Origin: a virus
Length of the DNA: 64,000 nucleotides
Direction: 5' to 3' (one strand)
IMG/VR virus record: IMGVR_UViG_3300045988_115163
Shown: piece by piece, positions 52,108-62,200 of the stretch
Layout of the letters: each line of letters begins with the position of its first letter
How positions within the stretch are numbered: position 1 is the first letter of the stretch
Notes under the pieces: generated by a model
What the model was told of the DNA's origin: nothing
Databases searched by the model: none
Seen by the model: the letters and a program-made list of their open reading frames with translations, nothing else
Translations under genes and position numbers: made by a program

Positions 52108-53730
52108 ATGGAAAAGGAGGAAGTAAAAAATAAAGCGAAAGTGTTTAGACCCCAAGCTGGTGGTCAAGAAGCATTTGTTAGATCAAACGTAGATGTTTGC
52201 TTCTTTGGAGGCGTATTGAACTGCGGTAAGAGCTTCGGTGCTATTTTGTCTGTAGCTGAATGGTCTAAGATACCTCGTTTCCGTGCTGTTTTCACTCGTA
52301 GAAATCTACAAGACACCAAAGCTGGTGGTGGTATGGTAGATGAATTTAAAAACGTTTATGGTGATAGCGTTAAATCCAAGGAAACAGATAGTCCTCGTAT
52401 AACTTTCCCTTCTGGTGCTTTTGTAGACATTACACATATTGCTGATGAAAATCCTAAGAAGTTGATGGAACGTGTCAAAGGATGGCAGTATGATATGGTA
52501 TATATGGATGAGTTAACATCCTATGAGTGGTCTACATTCAATACAATTATTACCCGTAACCGTGGTTCGGCTGGTATCGGTTCAAAGGTACGTGGCACAA
52601 CCAATCCCAAGAAGTCTCACTGGCTTCGGACATTCCTTAAACCTTATATTGGATATGATGGCTTTATCCGTCCTGACATGGATAGAAAGGTGCTGTATTT
52701 CTTCATTGAAGGTGAAACTGTTGATACTGTTGTTTGGGGAGAAAGTAAAGAAGAGGTATATCAGAAATGTAAGATATCCATAGACCGTAAACTGAAAGCC
52801 GTTAATAAAGGAGTGGTCAAGTTTTCCTATGAGAACTTGATTAAATCCTTCTGTTTTATATTAGGTAATATAAGTGAAAACGTTGCTTCATTAGGAGATA
52901 ATAAAGACTATATTGGTAGCGTTGCCGCATCTGGTGGAAAGCGTGGTCAAATACTTTTGGAAGGTAACTGGAACGTAGACGAAGACGACGATTCAGAAGC
53001 TCCTATACCATCTTCTGTAGCCAGAGAGACATTTATGACTGACCCACAGCGAAATGGGGACAGATGGATTACAGCCGACTTAGCGGATTATGGAACAGAT
53101 AATCTGGTAGCAATTGCATGGGATGGACTGCACATCTTGGATGTTATGATTTTAGGGAAGACTACACCTAGAATGAATGCTGACAGATTATTATCATTTG
53201 CAGAAAAATGGGATATAGCAAACACTCATATTATATTCGATGGAACAAATGCAAGATACATGTCTGACTATATACCGGATGCTCTTCCTTTCCTTTCAAG
53301 TAATGCTCCCTGTGGAATGTACGCTCGTTCGGCTTACCTATTAAAAGATGAGTGCTATCTACGTCTAAGATTTCTTATTAATGAAGGTATGTTGTCGTGG
53401 GATGATGAAGTTGCTTCAAGACGCTATTATCATTCCAAGATGAAAGAAGAGATTAGCATACAGACAGAGTTTATCGAGGAATGTTCCGTTGTCCGGTTCA
53501 AGCAACAGTTCAGTGGAAAGTTCCGTCTTTTAAGTAAGAAGGAAATGAATCAGATGCTAGGTAAAGGGCGTTCTATGGACTTACTTGACCCTATAGCTTA
53601 CCGGATGCTTCCATTGTTAGAATATAAATATGGAGAAGAGTTGACTCAAACAGCTAAGTTTGATGAACCGGAAAAAAGTATTATTACTCATAGAAGAGAC
53701 AATATATATAATCCAAGTTTTTGGGCATAG
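52108..53730 (+). CDS. terL: terminase large subunit
   Basis: Start MEKEEVKNK. Walker A-like FFGGVLNCGKS; YMDELT Walker B-like; ~540 aa, followed by the portal. Confidence 0.75.
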   Translation: MEKEEVKNKAKVFRPQAGGQEAFVRSNVDVCFFGGVLNCGKSFGAILSVAEWSKIPRFRAVFTRRNLQDTKAGGGMVDEFKNVYGDSVKSKETDSPRITFPSGAFVDITHIADENPKKLMERVKGWQYDMVYMDELTSYEWSTFNTIITRNRGSAGIGSKVRGTTNPKKSHWLRTFLKPYIGYDGFIRPDMDRKVLYFFIEGETVDTVVWGESKEEVYQKCKISIDRKLKAVNKGVVKFSYENLIKSFCFILGNISENVASLGDNKDYIGSVAASGGKRGQILLEGNWNVDEDDDSEAPIPSSVARETFMTDPQRNGDRWITADLADYGTDNLVAIAWDGLHILDVMILGKTTPRMNADRLLSFAEKWDIANTHIIFDGTNARYMSDYIPDALPFLSSNAPCGMYARSAYLLKDECYLRLRFLINEGMLSWDDEVASRRYYHSKMKEEISIQTEFIEECSVVRFKQQFSGKFRLLSKKEMNQMLGKGRSMDLLDPIAYRMLPLLEYKYGEELTQTAKFDEPEKSIITHRRDNIYNPSFWA

Positions 53731-53739
53731 GAGGTACAA

Positions 53740-54312
53740 ATGAATTTAGAAGACATTAAAGATACAATCAACGCAGGGAAGAAGCTGAAACATAACATTT
53801 CAGTCCGGGACATTTCTTATGTTCTTCTTCTAAATAGTTTTGATGATAATAAGATTGCATTCAAAGCGATTTGGGGCAATGAAAGTGATGAAGAAGACAT
53901 GAAAGAATATATGTCTTCCAAAAAGATAATTTTTCTACAAACTTATCTGAAAGCATTAAATAAAGATGAGAAGGAAGAAGTAAAATCTCCTGTTAAAGTA
54001 GAAAATTTCGCAGAAGACATTACTTTTGAGGAAAATAAGGCAGAACTTATTAAGTTGCTAAGTGATGTCAAGACAGCGCATACAGAGGGAAAATTGGATG
54101 CGAAAGATGCTCTCAAAATGCAGATTGATATTCGAACCAAACTAAATGACAAGTTCGGCACAGAAGAGAAAGAAGATAAGGATTGCGTTGTAGTGGTTGA
54201 ACCTAAGTTCAATTATATTTGTCCCTACACCCAAAGAGAATGTTATGTAAACAGTAAAGAACAATGTATGAAACGGTACAATTTAATTGAAAAGGAGACA
54301 AACAATGGCTGA
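53740..54312 (+). CDS. hypothetical acidic protein
   Basis: SD-like taggaggt upstream; lies between terL and the portal. Function unknown. Confidence 0.5.
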   Translation: MNLEDIKDTINAGKKLKHNISVRDISYVLLLNSFDDNKIAFKAIWGNESDEEDMKEYMSSKKIIFLQTYLKALNKDEKEEVKSPVKVENFAEDITFEENKAELIKLLSDVKTAHTEGKLDAKDALKMQIDIRTKLNDKFGTEEKEDKDCVVVVEPKFNYICPYTQRECYVNSKEQCMKRYNLIEKETNNG

Positions 54313-55822
54313 TTATAAAGAACAAATAAAGTATTTGATTGACAATCCGGATGAGTTGCTTCAAAAGAAGCCATTCTTTAGAGGGGTTGTAGACTATAGT
54401 AGTTTATGGAATCACACACGTGAAGTATCCATCAACCAAACAGTAAGGGCGGAATTGCCTAAATTTAAAAAGAAAGTTATCTCACAACAACAATTTCTGG
54501 AAGAACTAGACCCTCAGTGCCACAAAGTCCTCTTTGACCAGAATGTCCCTTCTATTACCATGAAGTTGGATAACGGTAGCTATGTGGAGATTGAATATCA
54601 AAAAATGGCTGTATCTTATCAGAAGAACATAAAAGATAAGCAGGTTCTTCATCTGTGTGGGAATGACATGCTATTTACTCTTATGGAAACGCAGCCTTCT
54701 GAACAACAAGCTAAAGACTTCATTACTTTTAAACAATATTGGAGATTACGTAATCAGGATGGCATGAAGACTAAACTGGTTGATGCTCAATTGTCTGTAG
54801 GTGATGCAGGTTTACTTTACTACTTTGACAATAAAAAGAGAATCAAATGCCGTCTTTTATCTTTTATGGATGGATATATCCTGTGTCCTCACAATGACGA
54901 TAATGGAGACCGGATATTAGAAAGTGTCTACTACACCGATGGAGAGACGGAATACATTGATTCTTACGACGACACATATGTTTACCACCATAGCAATAGC
55001 GGTCTGGATGCAGCCGATAAAGGATGGAAACTGGAAAGTGTAGAGGTTCATGGTTTTTCCGAAATACCTTTAGTAACAAAACGTGGAGATGTTGCATGGA
55101 ACAATGCACAAAGCATCATTGAAGCATACGAAGTGTTATATAACATATTCAATGTCATTCAGAAACGTCATGGTTGGGGTATCCTCTATATTAAAGGTCG
55201 TTTCGATGATAGCGGAAAGACGATAGCGGGTAGCGTAATTCTAAACGATAGGTCTATGAATGCAGAAGGGGATGCTAAATTCCTGTCTCCCCCATCTCCA
55301 CAAGGATATCTGGACACTCTTCAATTGCTGGAAGAAACTATTCAGAAATGTTCCAGCACGACCTTTATTCTTCCCAAAGACATTAAAATGTCCGGTGATA
55401 TATCCGGCATTGCGATTATGATGTCTATGTCAATGGATATTGAAAACGCATTGCAAAAGGTTATTGACTACCAAAATGTTGCCGATAAAATGTGTCGTCT
55501 GTTCAAAGAAGGATTGGCTAAAGAATTGGTTGAGAAAAAGATACAATCAACAGCGGTAACAGACTTTGAACAATTGAACATCAATGCTTCTTTCAAAGTA
55601 TGGAGACCACAGTCAGATACCGAATTTGCATCTATGCTTGTGAATTTAAAGACAAATGGTATCATATCCGAAGAAACAGCCACAGAAGAAAGTCCAGTTT
55701 CTGCTCCTGATGAAAAAGAACGCAGGAAAAAAGAGGTAGAGTTGCAAGAACAAAGAGAAATAGAAAAAGAAGAGAGAAGTGCTAAATTAGCGGCTTCTAA
55801 GAGCAATAATAATGAAAAATAA
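54305..55822 (+). CDS. portal protein
   Basis: ~505 aa after terL. Start MADYKEQ preceded by aaaaggaga. Acidic/coiled C-terminus. Confidence 0.65.
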   Translation: MADYKEQIKYLIDNPDELLQKKPFFRGVVDYSSLWNHTREVSINQTVRAELPKFKKKVISQQQFLEELDPQCHKVLFDQNVPSITMKLDNGSYVEIEYQKMAVSYQKNIKDKQVLHLCGNDMLFTLMETQPSEQQAKDFITFKQYWRLRNQDGMKTKLVDAQLSVGDAGLLYYFDNKKRIKCRLLSFMDGYILCPHNDDNGDRILESVYYTDGETEYIDSYDDTYVYHHSNSGLDAADKGWKLESVEVHGFSEIPLVTKRGDVAWNNAQSIIEAYEVLYNIFNVIQKRHGWGILYIKGRFDDSGKTIAGSVILNDRSMNAEGDAKFLSPPSPQGYLDTLQLLEETIQKCSSTTFILPKDIKMSGDISGIAIMMSMSMDIENALQKVIDYQNVADKMCRLFKEGLAKELVEKKIQSTAVTDFEQLNINASFKVWRPQSDTEFASMLVNLKTNGIISEETATEESPVSAPDEKERRKKEVELQEQREIEKEERSAKLAASKSNNNEK

Positions 55823-55857
55823 TTAGTATCTTTGGGTACTATCTAAAACTCTATTTC

Positions 55858-56247
55858 ATGGATTGGCAAAGCATCATAACGATTGTAAGTGTATTATTAG
55901 GTGGTGGTGGAGCGATTGCTCTATATAAAGCTAAACCTGAGAAGGTTTCTTATGAAATAAAGAATCTGCGTGAAATCATCGAAGAGATAAAGAAAAATCG
56001 AGATGAGGACAAAAGAGAGAATAGAGAAGAAATCGAGAGACTTAATCTTAAAATAGGAAAGTTAGAATTAAACGATGATATCAAGTCCAGAGCCATTTCA
56101 AAATGGCTCACTTGCCATTTTATACCAAGGGAAAGTAATTGTCCTGTAGCTGAATTTATCGAGAATGCAGAAAAGATTATTCAGAAGAAAACAGAACAGA
56201 TTAACAATATAAAAGAAAAGAGAAATAATGAGCAAGCAATTAGTTAA
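55858..56247 (+). CDS. N-terminally membrane-anchored coiled-coil protein
   Basis: IITIVSVLLGGGGAIALY followed by charged heptads. Confidence 0.5.
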   Translation: MDWQSIITIVSVLLGGGGAIALYKAKPEKVSYEIKNLREIIEEIKKNRDEDKRENREEIERLNLKIGKLELNDDIKSRAISKWLTCHFIPRESNCPVAEFIENAEKIIQKKTEQINNIKEKRNNEQAIS

Positions 56248-59200
56248 AATCTTCACCTATGTAGACGGAGTGAATGATACTCCTTTTCCAAATGAAGAGA
56301 ATCAATTAATTATTCCTGAGTATTCCTTTAGTGATATCCGCATGGGTTCTGTGAACCTAACCGCTACTGCAATGTATCCGACCTGTTTGGATGATAAATG
56401 GGTTACAGGAAAACAATATGCTGATTTTCGTGGTGAGAGATATTTTATAGTTAAAACTCCGTCTTCTTCCAAATCAAACGACGATGTTCGATATAAACAT
56501 GACATTGAATTCGTTTCTGAAAGAAACATCTTGGAGACTATTTATTTCTATGATGTTGTATCTGATAACACTTCGGTAGACCGATATGTAAGTAATAGCA
56601 CAAAGGTATTGTTCTACGGAGATGTGCATGAACTGGTTGCTCGTTTGAATTATTCTCTGGAATATAGTCAGGTATCCTACCGAGTTGTCGTTGATGCAGG
56701 CATTACTTCCGAGGTTAAGCAGGTCTCTTTAGAAGATGTGTTTGTCTTTGATGCTATACAGGAGATTTTCAATATCTTTGAACTTCCTTTTTATTTCGTA
56801 GGAAAGACATGTCATGTTGGCTTTACGGATAATGCCATTACTCATACATTCCGGTATGGAAAAGATTATGAGTTGCTTTCCATTAATAAGACAAATGCCA
56901 ATTATAAAATAACCAACCGAGTTACCGGAACGGGTAGTTCGGATAACATTCAGTTCTATTATCCAAATCCAAGCAACGACCGGGCAGAGATTGAAGCGGC
57001 AGGCGGGAAATGGATAACTCCGGCTGGCACTCTTATGCCTCCTATCTATCGAGATACGGACGGTGCAGAGCGTTTCTATAATGCAATTAATAAAAGGTAT
57101 ATCAATCCAGAAACAGGAGAATACTATGTCTTTGAGAATGAATTTACAACAGCTAGTCAGAAGGAACAAATTGTTACTTTTGAAGATATAAAGCCTACAA
57201 TTAAAAACACTCTCAATGCTGCCGGTTTACGCATAGACGAAATTATAGATGTAGCTTTTGACAAGGACGATAACGATGAGGTAGACGAAAGCACCGGAGA
57301 TTATGTTCATTCTTACTTCTATGTAAAGCTGAACCGTTTTAGTGGAGACTACGGATTCAACTTATTCGAACAACCGATTGTAGGTAGCGACGCTTCTATT
57401 GTAATGACAAGTGGAAATTGTAATGCTTGTACATTCCAAATTGGAGTTATAGAAGTAGAAGAAGATGGAAAGACTGTTTTTAAGAATCCGGTACAAGTTG
57501 ACAAAAATGGCAATATTGCAGAAGGTAACTATGCCGATAAAGTAAAGCCTAATAACATACAAGCCAACCAGCAAGATACTACACAGAATGAGGTATGGAT
57601 TGCTTTGAAAAAAGACAATACTACCTTTGGTATGGTAATGCCGAATAAGAATGGAAATATCAGACCCTCCTATGGGGACAGCTTTGTTATCACAAACATT
57701 GATATGCCGCAGACCTATATCTACAAGGCAGAGAATGAATTGGAAGAAGCTATCCTTAAATACATGGCTAACAATAATAGTGAAAAGTTTACGTTCTCTA
57801 TTAAGTTAAGTCGTATCTTCCTTGCTGAAAATCCGGCTATAGAAGCACTGATTAATTCAAGTGCACGTATTGATTTAGAATACAATGGCAAATACCATCA
57901 GCTTTATGTATCCAGCTATACTTATCGTTCAGATAGTGAAGTTCTACCGGAAATTACGATTGAACTGGCAGATACACTTACGATAAGTAAGAACTCCATT
58001 CAGACCAGCATTGATTCTGTCAAGCAGGATATAATGAATACTATTGGAGGTGTAGACTTCTTGAAACAAGGTCTGAAATACTTTCTTCGTAAAGATACGG
58101 AAGATATTGCACGTTTCTTTATTTCTTTCCTGAGAGGTATCAAGATTGGCAACTATGTATCCGGTGGAGACATTGGCGGTATATTTGCTGTTGATGGGAA
58201 TGGAAAGACATTCATTGAGACTGACTTCTTAAAAGTACGTATGAAAGCCTACTTTGAGACGTTAGAGATTATCAATACCGGTAGTATTGCCGGACGGCAG
58301 ATTATCACTCCCGGTGGCTCTATCAAATGTATTAAGGTAGTAGACCGAGAGGAAATAATTAACGAAGATGGAGAAAAAGAAGAAAAGGTATGGAACTTCT
58401 ACCGGTGCTATTTCCTCGCTGAACAAGATGGAGTAAAGGTAGAGAATCGTTTCCGTAAAAACGACCAAGCTCTTTCACAGGACTTCAACATCAAAGAGGG
58501 TGTTTATGAAAATGTTTCCAATCATTATTATTGGAGACTGGTTGTGGGCGTAGGCGATGATTATATTGACTTGTCTAAGACCGATGCAGATACAAAGAGT
58601 GATGCTCCGGCTATAGGCGATGTAATCTGTCAATTAGGTCACAGAGACGACAAAGTACCAGAACGCCAGAACGCCATGATATTTAGTGCGGTGGATTTAT
58701 ATTCTCCGTCTTTAACCATGTATGCTGGCATTAATTCCTATTCCTATGTGAATAAGGATTACATCTCTTATGGCGTTGATAAGACGACCAACAAAGCCTT
58801 TATGAATGTCTATGGAGATACTTATATTGGCGATAGGAATCGTACTTCTTATATGGAATTTAAGACTGGAAAAGGTCTGAAAATAAAAGGTCAATTGGAG
58901 GTAGGCTCAACCATCGGAAATGGTTCAACCATTGAAGGCGCTTTAGACAAAGCGACTCAGGATGCTATTGATGCAGCTACCGAAGATTTGACTAACTACG
59001 CTAAAGAGGTAACAGAAATCCTGAATAACATTCAATATCAAATAGATGGTCAAATTGAAAGTTTCTTTGAAAAATATAGCCCAACTCTGACGAATAAACC
59101 TGCCGTTGATTGGACTACCGAGGAATTAAAGAAACAACATGCCAATGATACCTTTACCAACATTGATACAGGCGAAAGCTGGAAATGGGTAAAAGATGGT

Positions 59201-62200
59201 ACTACTTGGAAATGGAGTGTCATTGAAGATACAGCTACTCTAAAAGCATTGGCGGCTGCATCCAAAGCACAAGATACAGCAGACGGGAAACGTAGAGTAT
59301 TTGTTGCCAAACCTACTAATGAACAGGTTTATGACGTTGGAGACTTATGGGTAAATGCAACGTATGGTACGACTTATCACAATGATATTCTTAGAGCCAA
59401 GACAGCGAAGAAAGCCGGAGAAGCATTTAATATTTCTCATTGGGAATTGGCTTCTAAATATACCGATGATACCAAGGCGAATGAAGCTGCGGAAGCGGCT
59501 GCGGCAGCACAAGAAGCTGCGGAACAAGCTGCAACGGCTGTGGATAATTTGAATACCTACGTGGATGGTGCATTTAAGGATGGTGTGATTGAAGAATCCG
59601 AAGCACAAGCCATTGAGAAATATATAAACATCGTAGACAACGCTAAGAAAACAACTGATGCTGCCTATACTAAATTGTATGCAAATACATATCTTACAGG
59701 AGCAGCAAAGACCGGATTGAAATCTGCCAAAGATAAGCTGGACATTGCGACCACTAATCTTATCAATTCAATCAACACTGCTATTGCCGATGGTCAGACT
59801 ACAGTTGCAGAAAAGAACGATGTAGATGCTAAATTTGCAGCTTACAATACAGCGAATGAAGCCTTTAGTACCGCAGTGGAAGTGGCTAATGGTGCTATTC
59901 AGGATTTATTAAAATCTTATTCAGACCAAGCTAAAGAAGCTGCGGTTGCTGCACAGGCTGCGGCAGATGCGGCACAAGCTGCGGCAGACAGTGCATCGGA
60001 TGCAGTAGACGATTTAAACGGATATGTTGATGGAGCGTTTAAAGATGGAGTCATAGACGAAGCGGAAGCTAAAGCGATAGAAAAGTACATCAATGTAGTA
60101 AATGGTTCTAAAGCAGCAACCGATGCTACATACACCAAACTGTATTCCAATAAATATTTATTAGGGACAGCAAAAGAAAACTTAAAGACAGCTAAAGATA
60201 AATTAGATGTTGCGACTACTGCCCTTCTTACCTCTATACAGTCTGCTATTGCGGATGGGAAGACAACAGCGGAAGAGAAAGCTGCGGTAGATACAAAGTA
60301 TGCTGATTTTAATAAGGCTAATGAAGACTTTAATACAGCCATAGAAGCTGCAAATCTATCCATTCAGAACATGTTGAAGAGCTACGCTGATGCAGCATTA
60401 GCGGCAGCGGAGGCAGCGCAAACTTCGGCAGATGCGGCTAAGACAGCGGCAGATAATGCAGCCGGGGCAGTAGGAGACTTGAATGACTATGTAGATGGAG
60501 CTTTCAAAGACGGTATTATTGATGCTTCTGAGGCACAGGCAATAGAGAAGTATATCAATATTGTAAATAATACCAAAGGTGAAGTAAAGGCAACATTTGA
60601 TAAACTATATGCCAATGTCTATTTAACTGGTGCAGCGAAGACCGGATTAAATTCAAGCTACACGGCTTTGAATACCGCCATCACAAATCTACTTAATTCA
60701 ATTAATACCGCTATAGCAGATGGAAAAACAACGGCATCGGAGAAAGCGGATGTGGATTTAAAATACGCTTCTTTCAACACTGCGTATGCTTCTTTCAATA
60801 CAGCCGTAGAAACAGCGAACAAAGCCATTCAAGATAAATTGAAGACTTTTGCAGATGATGCTAAAGCCTTGGCGGAGTCTGCACAAGCTGTAGCAGATGC
60901 AGCAAAAGACAGATTAGACTCATGGGCTGAGGATGGAGTTATTTCACCTACCGAAAAACAAGGTATTAAAGATGAAATAGCCAGAATTAAAGCGGATAAA
61001 GATAATATTTCCGCAGGATATGAATTATATAATCTGGGAGAAGCGACTGCTTACAATACAGCTTATACAGATTATTACAATAGCCTTTTGGTGTTATCTG
61101 ACACGACTAAAGAAACGATTGAGATACCAACCGATTTTGCGACTAAGCAGACTAAATATTATACTGAAAGGACTGCGGCATTAAATGCGATTGCATCCGC
61201 TTCTAAATCTGCGGTTGATGCTGCACAGGCTGCGGCAGATGCGGCTAAAAGTCGTTTAGACTCATGGGCAGCGGATGGGGTTATCTCTCCGGCTGAGAAA
61301 CAAAGTATCAAAGATGAGAGGGCACGAATTTTAGCAGATAAGGCGGATATAACTACTGGATACACACGTTATAATTTAGGAACTCCAACGGACTATAATA
61401 CAGCCTATACAGCCTACGATACGGCATTGGCTGCACTGTCAAAAGATACACCAGAGGTTATAACTATCCCTTCGGACTTTGCTACGAAGCAAAAGAATTA
61501 TTATACCAAGCGTACTGCGGCTATTTCTGCAATAGATGCTGCTACAAAATCAAATGCCGATGCTGCGGCTGCTGCGGCTGCAAAAGCACAGGAAGATATT
61601 GATAACGTAAAGACCGATATCAATAAAATCAATTCCGATGTAGCCGGATTAAAGAACTTTACTGATGATGCTTTTGCTGATGGAGTAGTAGACCGTGGAG
61701 AGGCTTCTGCCATCGGTGCTTATCTGAAAAGCATTGCTACAGTTAAAGCCGATGTAGACAAAAGTTATACAGAAGTCTATGCTAATCCGTTACTTGCCGG
61801 AACAGCTAAGACTACATTGAACACAACTTATACGGCTTTTGGGAAAGCTGTAGAAGAACTTACTACCGTTATTGAAGCCGTTGTAGAAAAAGGGATAGCC
61901 GATGCAACCGACAGAGCTTCTGTAAATGGTAAATACGATGCTTTTAATACAAAGTACGGAGCTTTCATAGCTGCTTTAAATGCTGCCAATACTTACATTC
62001 AAGACCAGATTGAGAGTAAGGCAGAAAATGCTTTAACGGAAGCTGTTAGCTATCGCTATTTAAAGAAAGCATTTAGCGAATATACTATTATTGAAGGTGG
62101 CTTAGTCCAAAATTCACTCAATGTTTTAGGATACACCAATGATAAAAAAGAATTTGTCGTACAAGCCGGAATGAATGGTATATATGACGCTTCTCAAACA

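Noticed and set aside
53740-54312. Small terminase subunit assignment for the ORF between terL and the portal
   Set aside because: Only position suggests it. TerS normally precedes TerL, and I recognise no DNA-binding motif. It is left as hypothetical.
56302-61713. Nine minus-strand track ORFs (for example 59917..60363, 61159..61365 and 61501..61713) with Ala/Ser-rich products
   Set aside because: They are antisense to the continuous giant + strand ORF and mirror its GCN-rich repeat codons. They have low-complexity composition and no start context.
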